Below are positions 38,130-49,297 of a stretch of DNA of 49,297 nt, piece by piece. The position numbers and the translations under genes are program-made. The DNA lies in the NCBI RefSeq assembly GCF_001194135.2, contig NC_069006.1, positions 20,093,651-20,142,947 on the forward strand, in the 5' to 3' direction. The notes beneath the pieces were generated by a model. The model searched no databases. It worked only from the letters and a program-made list of their open reading frames with translations, and was not told the DNA's origin. Source of the DNA: Octopus bimaculoides (taxonomy: Eukaryota). The number at the start of each line of letters is the position of its first letter. The stretch's first letter is position 1.

Positions 38130-38384
38130 AGTTCACTTTTTTTTTTTATCATCATCAACATCTAAGAGAGAAGTGATTCTGTATTAGAAATGATCCAGGG
38201 TAAAGAGAATCTTTAGTTTGAGTTGGATCATCAGACTAAATTTATGAGGGCCAAATGGGAAAGGCAGAATTTCAAATGACCTAAAGATCAGAAGACTAAA
38301 AGCTTGAAAGCCAGAATACTTAGAACACCAAATTTTGAAATATTTTAGGAGAACTACAAGAGTTCTGAAACAATTTATACTTAC

Positions 38385-38492
38385 TCAGAACTACGGCTAA
38401 TTCTGCTATATGATAGCGAACAAGTTCCTCAGGGAAATATCCATGATAGCTCCACAGCGTGAACATATCTCCATATGGAACGTAAGTAAGAA
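38385..38492 (-). CDS. RSKR: Kinase exon 6 (VLTYVPYGDMFTLW...IAELAVVL, phase 1 to 1)
   Basis: Long poly-T acceptor; A|GTAAGT donor; hinge and alphaE pattern GDMF...FPE...AEL. Confidence 0.93.
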
Positions 38493-39090
38493 CTGACAAG
38501 AAAAAAAAAAAAAAAAAAAAGATTTAAAAAAAACATGGCAAATGATCACATTAACTTTTTAGCAATTATACTTCTGCTTTTGTTTAAGACTTTAGCATTT
38601 ACATTATTTTGCCAAAAGCAATGCTTATTTATTCACATTATTTTGAATTAATAATGCATTGTTTTGTAACCCTGAGAGTTTGTATGAGGTAACAGTTAAT
38701 TTTTAGATTGATAATGTAAGGTTGAGGTGAGAGGCCAGATCTCTTTATTTTGAACATAAAACAAGTCGAATATTTGGGCTAGATATGGCAGGATTGAATG
38801 CCAAAGGGTTAATCCTTTAGTTTTTACATTATTCTATCAAAAATAATGCTTATTTATTGTTTTGAATTAATCACGCATTATCCCATAGCTTTGAGATTTT
38901 GACGAAGTAGCTCTTAATTTTTAGAATGATATTGTAAGGTTGGTGTGAGCAGCTACATCTGATCAGACTGAATAAAACAAGTAGAATATTAGGGCCAGAT
39001 ATGGCAGATTTAAACGCTAAAGGTTTAAATTATCTAGAATTTAGTAAAATTACTTTAACTATATATATATTTGCAGAAAATGGAACTTAC

Positions 39091-39163
39091 CTATATAAAG
39101 ATAGCTTCGAGATTGCCAAAACTCTAAGACTTTCACAATAAATGGATGGTGACCCAGCATCGA
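39091..39163 (-). CDS. RSKR: Kinase exon 5 (SMLGHHPFIVKVLEFWQSRSYLYI, phase 0 to 1)
   Basis: CTTTTGTAG acceptor; G|GTAAGT donor; HPFIV...WQ...LYI subdomain IV-V pattern. Confidence 0.93.
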
Positions 39164-39403
39164 CTACAAAAGAACATTTTTAGATTACTTGAAGTTTGAT
39201 TAACAGGAGAAACAAGACTTTCTTAGCTTTCTTAGGAAAGCAGTAATTGACCTTAAAAGGATACAGAGATAAAAAAAATTTCAGATCAAGGTCTTTACAA
39301 TACTGCTTTCTAACAGGCAGAAAGCCACATATTTTTAAAGAGGAGTGCAGTTGTAATCAACCCCAGTATTTGACAGGGGCATCTTTTATCAACATTGTGC
39401 TTA

Positions 39404-40130
39404 CGAAGTACAATGCTGCATGTTAGAGGAAACATGGGCTTTGAATGAAGAGGATGCAAGAGGACTGGAGAGAAATGAAGTAAACATGCAATGTTGGATG
39501 TATAATGAGCTTTGTATTTTCTGGCATAAACATTGATGCAGTATATAGAGTAACTATACAAATATTGCCATTATTTTTCCAAATCCTGCAGCATTTCACA
39601 TGGAATTTCTAATCCTCCGAAGTTACCTTGATGTATAAACCCACTTGATTTTTTTTTGCAATAAATTTTGGTCTGAAAATTTCAGTTTACTGTATTTTAA
39701 CATGTATAAAGAACCATGTTTCGTCAAAAATTAAGTTAAAAAAATATGGGAGTTTTTTTATACATGGATAGTATTATAATCCCTTACAAAACCATTTTTC
39801 CAAGTTTTAAATCCCACAAATTAGGGGGTTTCTTATACACATTAAAATACGGTATATGCCAGGGAATACAAGTACAGGAATCAGATATTGTACACTAAGG
39901 AGACAACTGCATTGATATGGATATGTAATGTGTGTGGATGGTAAAAGTTGGGTAAAGAAGTGTCAGGAGATTGAAATGGAAGGGGACTATGGAAAAGAAA
40001 GACCAAGGAAAAAAAAATTGGTGAGGTATGCAGATCCCAGGATGCTGACCCTCAGAAAGGAGATGACAGAAGAATACAACAAGTGGTAAGATGTTGTGTT
40101 GGAGACGCAAGCATGGAAGACTGGATGCAA
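39404..40130 (+). mobile_element. Degenerate RTE-clade LINE 3' ORF fragments, interrupted by a MITE
   Basis: Frameshifted RSTMLH..ETWAL..ED..GLERNE.NM..WM (39404-39506) and YGYVM...SWVKKC.EI.MEG...RPRKK (from ~39900), typical of RTE ORF ends. Confidence 0.7.
39690..39852. mobile_element. pogo/Tigger-like MITE (163 bp), TA-flanked
   Basis: TA|CTGTATTTTAACATGTATAA...TTATACACATTAAAATACGG|TA; 17/20 TIR match. Confidence 0.7.
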
Positions 40131-40169
40131 ATAATGTCCGACTAAATACTTAAAAACAGATGTTTGTAC

Positions 40170-40238
40170 CTGAATGCAGGCTTCATCTTTACACTGTTGA
40201 ACAGCATTTTCAAGAATGATCTGTCGCTTTTCCAGCAC
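40170..40238 (-). CDS. RSKR: Kinase exon 4 (VLEKRQIILENAVQQCKDEACIQ; alphaC)
   Basis: TTTTGCAG acceptor; CAG|GTACAA donor; QCKxE alphaC motif as in RSKR. Confidence 0.93.
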
Positions 40239-40501
40239 CTGCAAAATAACACAATGACAATGTAGGACTATATTGGCTACACACACACACACTCACACAC
40301 TCACACATTATTGGAAAACATTTTTGACTCAACATCGATTGAAAAGTTAATGACTGAAAAGAAAGTGAAGTTTTCTCTACAGCATGGCTGTGTGGTTGTG
40401 ATGCTTGCTTTGCAACTATGTGGTTTTGGGTTCAGTCCCACAATAGTCACTTTGCATCAACTGAAACAGAAAAATCCATAAAGCGGGTTGCAAATACTGA
40501 C

Positions 40502-40585
40502 CTTAACAGCATAGAACTGCTTTTCATCATCTCTGTGAACTTTCAAGACATTCCCATAAGCTCCTTTGGCAATAACGGACATCAA
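40502..40585 (-). CDS. RSKR: Kinase exon 3 (LMSVIAKGAYGNVLKVHRDDEKQFYAVK; subdomains I-II)
   Basis: CTTCAG acceptor; AAG|GTCAGT donor; Gly-loop AKGAYG and catalytic Lys (YAVK). Confidence 0.93.
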
Positions 40586-40880
40586 CTGAAGTGATAAAAT
40601 AAACAAATCTGAATGTTTATATCAGAAATAGATTTTAAAATAAAATTACCATTACTCTTCCTTTAGCATCGTTTTTTTATATTTTACAAAAATTAACCCC
40701 CACCCTAACGCAAAAAAAAACAAACAAACTATTAACACTTTTTCACTTATCATTCATTGTCAATGTGCTTTTTCTCCCCCCATCTATGTGTCTATACATC
40801 ACATACATAAAGGTATGTCAACATTTCATGTGTTTATACATCCTTTATGTGTATCTAAATAACATCTATGAGTCTATACA

Positions 40881-40930
<50 letters not shown>

Positions 40931-41952
40931 ATCTATACACCATCAATATGGGTGTCTATATATCACCTACCTGCTTATATACCATGTATACATAGTTGAA
41001 TATCACTGATATATGTTTATACATTATCTTTTTGCATTTATGTCATATATCATCCATATATAATCTATATGAGTATATAAAGTCCATATGTCATCATTGT
41101 GTCTACACATCATCTATCTATATGTCACATATGTTTCTGTATATCATATATATATGTTTATGCATCATCTACAAGGTTAATATCCAAATTGAATTGATAT
41201 ACATCATCTATATTTGTCTATATATATATACATATATACGACGGGCTCCTTTCAGTTTCTGTCTACCAAATCCACTCACAAGGCTTTGGTCGGCCAGAGG
41301 CTATAGCGGAAGACACTTGCCCAAGGTGCCACGCAGTGGGACTGAACCCGGAACCATGTGGTTCGTAAGCAAGCTACTTACCACACAGCCACTAACAGTT
41401 TAGATCTTAATTATAGAAAAAAATATGAAACCATTATTCTATGCTAATTTAGTTAATTGTAAGATAGAAATTTAAATGTAATAAAATGTTTTAAAAGAAA
41501 TCTAAAGTGCCTACGTGGTAACTATAAACCTACTTTTGGGCCAGCCTGGATAGACATGTTTTGGTGGTGGTGGTGGGGGTCAATATAACTAATTATCTTC
41601 CTGGGGAATGTATGGACTTGTAGCAATCTTAGATATTACTGTAGACAGTATGAGGTTTTATAATTTTGTGAAGGAGGCAACAGAACCGTTGTCCAACTTT
41701 ATAACCAAACATCATAACCATAGTTGCACAAATTGGGTTAGTATGCACATAAAACGTTTTATTTCTTTAGTATACCTCTGCAGAACATTAAATATTAATA
41801 CTTTAACCATTCTGATCCCAAACCAGCTCAGACCGCCTTTGGTTCCATTATACAAACACTTCCTGTATTCAAGTGATCTAAATTAAAGTTATCTTTGTCT
41901 ATGTGCGTTGCATGTGTTTATGCATGTTGCATATGTGTGAATACTCTCTCTC

Positions 41953-42335
41953 TTTTACTTGTTTCAGTCATTTGACTGTGGCCATGCTGGAGCACTGCCT
42001 TTAGTCGAGCAAATCAACCCCAGGACTTATTCTTTGGAAGCCTAGTACTTATTCTATCGGTCTCTTTTGCCGAACCGCTAAGTTACGGGGACGTAAACAC
42101 ACCAGCATCGGTTGTCAAGCAATGTTGGAGGGGACAAACACAGACACACAAACATATATACACATATATACGACGGGCTTCTTTCAGTTTCCATCTACCA
42201 AATCCCTTCACAAGGCTTTGGTCTGCCCGAGGCTATAGTAGAAGACACTTGCCCAAGGTTGCCACGCAGTGGGACTGAACCTGGAACCATGTGGTTGGGA
42301 AGGAAGCTTCTCACCGCACAGCCACACCTGCGTCT
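41953..42335 (-). mobile_element. SINE family C, near full length (CORE-like TTGGGCAAGTGTCTT)
   Basis: Pol III head (TGTGTGGT.AG...GGTTCAGTCCC), internal TA/CA tract, tail ...GTCAAATGACTGAAAC. Other copies: 4685-4833, 11110-11275, 22228-23010 (split), 31405-31565, 36112-36500, 41238-41393, 43795-44140, 44930-45330. Confidence 0.85.
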
Positions 42336-43033
42336 ATGATGAACATCATCTCAAATGACCTTGAAGTTCCTGTGCTTTCGTTAGCATTAAAGTAGATACA
42401 CACCAAGAACAACTGCAGAGGTTCAGAGGGAGCTACAGAGAACAAACCCTTCACCTCTTGCCAAACAACCATGCTTTCCTTCGCTGAATCCAGTTAAAAG
42501 TGAAAGAAATTCTTCTTCATAAAAGCAGACTAACTCCTGCTGACTTCTGAAGCGTTACTCATCATTGTTGTGTATAAATGTGACACTGACACTAAGTACT
42601 ATTTCCTACATTCTCTACCAACAGTCGTTAGAAGTTTATATTCAACTGTTTTCCGGTTCAATAGATCTTAGGTGTAAAAATATATACGCTTACATTCGTG
42701 GCTGTTCATTATGGTGTAACAGGCAACAAAAACTATGATGTTTGGTCAAAGTTGGACAATGGCTACCTTTGTCTCCACCACCATCATCATCATTGTTTAC
42801 CGTCCGCCTTCCATGCCAGCATGGGTGGGATGGTTTGACAAGAGTTTGACAAATTAGCTGATTGTCAGTAGAAGGGAGGGGAAATACACTGTCCCTCTCT
42901 CTCTCTCTCACACATGCACATATACATATACACACAAGGACACCGAGACAATGTGATATAGCTTATTTAATGTTCTCATCTAATGTCCTATTTATAGGAC
43001 AGTGGGACTTAATGGGTTAAAGTGACTTCTTAC

Positions 43034-43234
43034 CTCAAAGTTTTGGTCTTCCAACTCTCCACGGACAGAGAATTCTGGGAAGAACAGAGTCTCAGCCAGA
43101 GGAATGGGTGTCTGAGTTGCTTCCTTCTTAGAGTTGGTGCTTCCATCTCGAACATCATTAATTGAAGCTAGTCTCGCCAGTCGTGCTGAACTTCGCGACT
43201 TACTTCGCACAAGTAAAGAATCGACCAAGAAAGA
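43034..43234 (-). CDS. RSKR: RSKR-like kinase exon 2 (SFLVDS...ETLFFPEFSVRGELEDQNFE, 201 nt)
   Basis: Strong acceptor TTTTACCCTCTGCAG; donor GAG|GTAAGA; LFFPEF resembles the LFLPEF pre-kinase motif I recall from RSKR/SGK494. Confidence 0.85.
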
Positions 43235-43292
43235 CTGCAGAGGGTAAAAAGAAGAAAGAAAATGATCAGCTTTGAATTTGAAATTCCTTTAA

Positions 43293-43512
43293 CCCTTTCG
43301 TTACCAACCTGGCTGAAACCAGCTCTGGCTCTGAGTACAAATATCTTGTTTTCATAAGTTTTGAATTAAAATCTTCCACCAAATCTTAGTCACAATTTAT
43401 GTTCCTAATACTAGCTTAATGATAACTAAGTTATTTTACTAAATTCTTTGTTATATTTAAAGTAATTGAAAGAAATACAGAGCATCTCAAAATAAATACA
43501 GTAACGAAAGGG
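43293..43512. mobile_element. piggyBac-like MITE, 220 bp, TTAA-flanked
   Basis: TTAA|CCCTTTCGTTAC...GTAACGAAAGGG|TTAA: perfect 12-bp TIR with TTAA on both sides. Confidence 0.85.
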
Positions 43513-43545
43513 TTAATAAGATAAACTTTTTAAAACAAATCATGG

Positions 43546-43700
43546 TACCATATGGAAGACCACAGAAGACATATATACATAAAAGCTTGCAGAAGATGTT
43601 GGATGCCAAGTTGAAGACCTAAAAACATTAAAGGAAGATTGGGAGGGATGGAGAGAGGTCGTCAGGCTGGCCCAGGCAATCAACCTAACTGGATGATGCC
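43546..43700 (+). mobile_element. RTE-like LINE 3' end remnant
   Basis: GRPQKTYI...LAEDVGCQVEDL.....D.EGWRE.V pattern. Confidence 0.5.
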
Positions 43701-43794
43701 TCGATAAAAAAAAAAATGTGTGTGTGTGTGTGTGTATTTAAATATATGCATGTGTATGTGTGTGTATTTATATATTTCTTCTTGTATTTTTGAT

Positions 43795-44140
43795 CTGTTT
43801 CAGTCATTAGACTACAGCCATGCTGGGGCACCACCTTGAAGAATGTTTAGTCAAATGAATTAACCCCTGGTACTTATTCCATTGATAAATATTTGCCAAA
43901 CTGCTAAGTTACCTGAATGTAAACACACTGACTCTGGTTGTCAAACAGTGGTAGGGGGGGGGGACAAACACAGACACAATACATATACAATGGTTTTCTT
44001 CCAGTTTCCATTGATCAAATCCATGAGGGTTTGGTCAGCCCGAGGCTATAGTAGAAGTCACTTGCCCAAGGTACCATACAGTGGAACTGAACCTGGAATC
44101 ATGCGGTTGGGATGCAAGCTTCTTACTACACAGCCATACA
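43795..44140 (-). mobile_element. SINE family C
   Basis: Colinear with 41953-42335, more diverged. Confidence 0.75.
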
Positions 44141-44894
44141 TGCACCTACATACATATATATATATATATATAAATATTTATATAAATAAAAACCTAATTA
44201 TGAGCCAATAGAGGAACCTCTATATGGTCCTTCAACTTGCTAAAAATAGCAACTAAACCATCCTCAACAGACAGGATGATCACAGCTGGAGTGTCTCAGA
44301 GCATAGGTTTGCTATCTACTACAAACACAAAATTGAGTTATCAGGTCTAAAATCATACCTGCTGAAATTATGATTTTCTTAAGACAGCAGGGCACGTGCT
44401 GAACTAAACAGTTTGCTAGCAACGTAGCGAAAATAGCAAAAGGTATTTTAACATTTCCAAACTATCAAATTTCTCAAGTGAAGGCCACAGGTAAGTAAAA
44501 ATAAACCAAATCACAAGACTTACAGGTGGAAGAAGATTAAGATGTACTGCAGCAGAAAACAGCCTAATCTATAAGTGCAATGTGATACAACAGGATTGTT
44601 GCTAACAGGTAGAAGTAGATAGAGATGTTATGGGGGGAGAGAGAAAGAGAAAAAGTATGTATGTATATATATGTGTGTGTTAATGTGTTTATATTTGCAT
44701 CTGTGCTTGAATGTATACACATAGATGAGACAATAATGGGGAAACAGAAAGGGCTTTATCAATAACTAACTGCCAGAATTAGCAATGTAAATATTTAGAG
44801 AGGATGGGCATTTTACTCCAAGAATAACATTTCTATAGAAGAGGAGAAGGGGAAATAAGAAAGCTTCTGCCAATGCAGAAAGTCTAAAAAAAAC

Positions 44895-44929
<35 letters not shown>

Positions 44930-44931
<2 letters not shown>

Positions 44932-45326
44932 CCCTGGATTGGCTGTGTGGTAAGTAGCTTACTTCCCAACCACATGGTTCCAGGTTCAGTCCCACTGCAT
45001 GGCATCTTGGCCAAGTGTCTTCTACTATAGCCTCTGGCTGACCAAAGCCTTATAAGTGAATTTGGTAGAGGAAACTGAAAGAAGCGCGTCGTATATATAT
45101 ATATATATACATATGTGTATATGTTTGCGTGTATGTGTTTGTCCCCTCCACCAACATCACTTGACAACAGAATCTGGTGCGTTTATGTCTCCATAACTTA
45201 GCAGTTTGGCAAAAGACACCTATAGAATAAGTACTAGGCTTACAAAGAATAAATCCTGAGGTCGATTTGTTTGACTAACGGTGGTGTTCCAGCATGGCGA
45301 CAGTCAACTGACTGAAACAAGTAAAA

Positions 45327-45330
<4 letters not shown>
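44930..45330 (+). mobile_element. SINE family C, plus orientation
   Basis: Reverse complement of 41953-42335; an extra tail fragment follows at ~45360-45605. Confidence 0.8.
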
Positions 45331-45365
<35 letters not shown>

Positions 45366-46639
45366 TATATCTATGTGTTTGACTTTGTGTTTGTCCCCCC
45401 ACTACAGCTTGGCAACTGCTGTTGGTGTGTTTATGTCTCTGGAACATAGTGGTTTGGCAAAAATGATTGATAGAATAAGTATCAAGCTTTAAAAAAAATT
45501 ATCCTTTAAAAGTACTAGGGTCAATACATTCGACTATAAATTCTTCAAGGTGGTGCCCCAGCATGGCCGTAGTCTAATGATCGAGACAAGTAAAAGATAA
45601 AAGTTAGAATCAGAGGGGCTCAGGTAGGTTGGTATTGAACGGGTTAACAGAGTAATCTGAAGGCTAAAGAGTTAAGATTGAACTGCCAGGGGCAATCTCA
45701 GGTGGTGTGGGATCAAAAGGGTTAATTAATTGCTTTAAACAGACCAGAATCAACAGCTAACTGGTTGCTAACCAGCAGGAAAGGCAATAATCTTCCCCTA
45801 AATACCAAAGGAAATAAACTTATTTGCCAACAATATTTAAATCCCTGATATCAAAGCTCTTTAAAAGTTGTCGGAGAAGTAAGGGAATGGGGGCAATCTG
45901 GTGTAACAAAGAACTGTTGGTTAAGTGAGCAATTAATAAAGACCACATAAAAATAAACAAATCTTTAAGTAGAAATGCATTGATTACAAAAAGCTTTGCC
46001 AGCAGGGAATCTGTATATAAACAAAGCAATACCTGTATTATGACTGTATAAGTAACCTTGACCAGTCTGAATGGAAATCACTGTAAGATAGAGGGTGGGA
46101 TAAGGAAAACCTTTCTTTCCTCTACTCTTGTTTAGCTTTGAGTTCATAACAAATATATTTGAATAAAACATATTTGAATAGGCACAGGCATTGCTGTGCT
46201 GTTGGAATTTTGCTTCCCAACCACACGGTTTTGGGTTCAGTCCCACTGCATGGCAAAAGAAACTGATAGAATAAGTGCCTGGCTGTTTTGACATGGTTTT
46301 TATGGCTGGATGCCCCTCCTAATGCCAACCACTTTTAATAAAGAGCTGGGTGGGTGCTTTTTACGTGACCAGCAGTATTGGTAAAGTCTGCTTTGGCATG
46401 ACGTTTTACAGCTGGATGCCCTCCCAAATGCCAACCCCTTTACAGAGTGGGCTGGGTGCTTTTTGTGTGGCAACAGCACCAGCGAGGTCACCATGTAACT
46501 TGCAAGACAAAGATCCTTTGAGAGGGTGGAGTACTGGAGGCGGTGGCTTCGTGCCAGGTGATGATGAGAGATTAGAGTATGACAGAAGGACAAAAGCAGG
46601 TGTCTTGTTGTAGAGGAGACAGTTGGGGTGAGAGGGTGA

Positions 46640-46676
<37 letters not shown>

Positions 46677-46876
46677 AGAGAGAGAGAGGGAGAGAGAGAT
46701 CAAGAATAACAGAAAACAAGAGTGAAAGAGTATATACTATATATTCCACATTCTATATCCAACATTAATTTCATAAGAATATAAATAAAACATAAAAAAC
46801 AGAGTTGGAATTCTTTTGAATAATATATATATATATATTTCGTCCTATATATATATATATATATATNNNNNNNNNN

Positions 46877-46932
<56 letters not shown>

Positions 46933-48610
46933 GGGGGAGTTATCATCCTTAGTCTCTGTTTTTTGATCTTAAACAACCCTGAGGATGTTTTTGTCTAGTT
47001 ACATGGGTAACCCCAATTAAGGGTTATATTTCAAAAACTCCCTATATATTACATATGTGTGACCCTGCTCTCTCTCCTAAGACACCCTCACCCATTCATA
47101 GTGTTAGAGATACAGGTATTTTTTTTTTATATAAATATACAAAGTTCATAAAGGTTAGCGGCTTATTAATTTTTTAAAATTAATATCATTCAATTGGTTT
47201 CTGCCGTTAGACTGCGGTCATGCTGCAGCACTACTTTCTGAAGACAGTGAATAGTAGGAAGAAAACGTAAATAATAGAAGGAAACCGCCAGTGTTACTCA
47301 TACTCAGAGATAAACAAAGAACCATTTGTCATCGTTTTAAACTGCAGAAGTACAAATGCTTTAAATAATATGTAAATACTAGTTTTAAAATCCTTTAAAA
47401 TAGAAAAAGTTTATGTACTTCGAGTTCTACACTTTTTTGCAACGAATTATTTCACGTTTACTCGAAATTTTAAAATTCCTATATCGTAAACGATATATAT
47501 ATATATATTGTTGTATTTGGGGATGGTCATGTTGCCTACACACACACACAATATATATATATATATATATATACATATATATGTATGTATGTATATTCAG
47601 AAGATAAATACATATGTCCAACGATATACTTTATATACTCCATGTAAAAGTAAATTTATCAATATATATACAGAAATAACGGTAAATCTATATGCTTGTA
47701 CATGTGTTTATCTTCTAAATAAGTTTTTGCATATGTGTATTATATATATATACACACAAAAGCATCTGGATGTGTTGTTTAGCGTAAGAACCCTGATAGA
47801 TCAATCTGAAGATTGAAGCGGTTCCAACCATCTCATTTAATTTTTATATCCAACATAACGTTACCTCATGTATATTTCCCAGCACCTATCCCCACCCACT
47901 TCCCCGAGCCCGCCACATAATCAATAAGGTGTCATTAGAGAGTAAGCTGCTATCTCCAGCAGATCGAGGGACCGCATTAAAAAAACAAAACAAAACAAAA
48001 AACCCAAACTCTACCTTGATTTGTATACTTGTGTGTGAATGCGTTTGTGGATAATATACACAAAGAAACGAATATTTTAAAAAGAAAATAAATAAGTACA
48101 GGATAATAAATCGAGCCAAGTAGTACTTAAATATATAGTTTTGTAAACCCGTCTCAGTTACTTTTATCAATGGTAAAACCAAATACCTGTTGATGTATAG
48201 GAGAGATCGAGAGAAAGATAGAAGAGGAAAGAATGCATGGAAGAGAAATAGAAGCAGCATGAAAAGAAGAGGCGATGTTAGCCACAGAAATAACAAGCGA
48301 TAATTGTTGTTTGTAACTTCTGAATTAGTTCGGGTAGCCAAAACGAGGAAAATCCTTCAATTATAAATCTAATTCTGGAAATGTTCCCGATTATTTCACT
48401 TTAAAAGATACTAGTGATTGTAATTAACGTTTTGGTATTAATAATAACAGTTTGTAGATCGTTAAGTTATATATTAAGTTTGTTATACGTCCAGGTAATT
48501 AACAACCAACAGGTAGGTTAATTGTGATGGAGGGGGAAGAATGATACTGACTTCGTTTCATTGTGAAAAAAGAAAAGCAAGATAATAATTATAAACGTGG
48601 TAATTTTTAC

Positions 48611-48670
48611 CTGTGTATCTGGAACTGATTGAGATTTTCTCAATCTAGGTTTGTTCTGGTTATTTCCCAT
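48611..48670 (-). CDS. RSKR: RSKR/SGK494-like kinase exon 1 (MGNNQNKPRLRKSQSVPDTQ, phase 0)
   Basis: AAAATGG start; Met-Gly N-terminus; donor CAG|GTAAAA; phase 0 fits exon 2, which has no in-frame ATG. Additional exons within the 5.4 kb intron cannot be excluded. Confidence 0.7.
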
Positions 48671-49297
48671 TTTCTATTGGAATTCAAATAAACAAGGCGC
48701 CACGCCATTATGAAAGTTTCTCATCGTCAAAGGTAAAGCAAACCATCACAATAGGCCTGAAGGTGTAGTTAAAATTAAGAATAGCGAAACGAATTAACGA
48801 AACGAAACGAAACATCGTTGTCGCATTGTTGATGTAGTATTATTAAGAGTTTTAAATGGAGAGAAATATTTTAAAATGAAACATTGGAAAAAAATAAGAA
48901 AAGAAGATACACATACCAGCCATATAAATTTAAGAATATTGATAAAAATAATTAATTCATAAATAAACACACATATACACTTACAAATATTAACACACAA
49001 AAGAATACACAATCCCACAACTATCTACAGAATGTATGACATGTTTACAGAAGAAGTGGGTTCGAGACTCCTAAGCAGCCTTCGTCTTTACCTCCCTCTT
49101 TATTTGCCTCTTCCCCCCACCCTTTATCTCTCTTTCGTTCTGTCTTTATTCATTTCTTTCCTTCTTTTCTTTCTTCCCTCTGTTGAACTTCAGGACAGAC
49201 GGCTATATCGTATGGCCTTAACCTTTAGACACCGCACTGACCTTCACCTTTAGACATTGATCGTAGACAGCCACTTCTGCGTCCCTTTCCACCCCCA
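48671..49297 (-). promoter_or_regulatory. Putative kinase 5' UTR / promoter
   Basis: CpG-containing segment upstream of the exon-1 ATG; GA-rich stretch on the minus strand; TSS unknown. Confidence 0.35.

Noticed and set aside
43034-43165. Second open frame in kinase exon 2 (MMFEMEAPTLRRK...)
   Set aside because: Terminates immediately after splicing to exon 3; no homology; short overlapping frames are expected by chance.
49080-49297. Long pyrimidine tract ending TTCAG (plus-strand acceptor-like)
   Set aside because: More simply the GA-rich 5' region of the kinase on the minus strand; truncated by the window edge.

Overview
This is AT-rich eukaryotic genomic DNA, dense in microsatellites and SINEs, with nine N-gaps. 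The repeat landscape (tRNA-derived SINEs, RTE-LINE fragments, MITEs, TA/CA microsatellites) points to an octopus or other coleoid cephalopod; that is an inference. I reconstructed two convergent spliced genes by hand from GT-AG boundaries and reading phase. (1) ICMT (isoprenylcysteine carboxyl methyltransferase) is on the + strand: 4 coding exons, 5267-13047, 867 nt = 288 aa + stop. (2) An AGC-group kinase of the RSKR/SGK494 (S6KL-like) type is on the - strand: 14 coding exons, 48670-31757, 1209 nt = 402 aa + stop. It is almost invisible in the ORF track. Most long ORFs in the track are artefacts of microsatellites or N-runs. There is no CRISPR array, rRNA, intact tRNA or intact transposon ORF, and I found no clearly new multi-gene system. 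The best leads are: two long fold-back hairpins between the genes (one capped by a tRNA T-arm), a signal-peptide-like orphan ORF at 29631-29443, inverted MITE pairs bracketing kinase exons (possible circRNA or ADAR substrates), a repeat-plus-flank duplication between two kinase introns, and modular SINEs. No database searches were run; family names come from remembered motifs.
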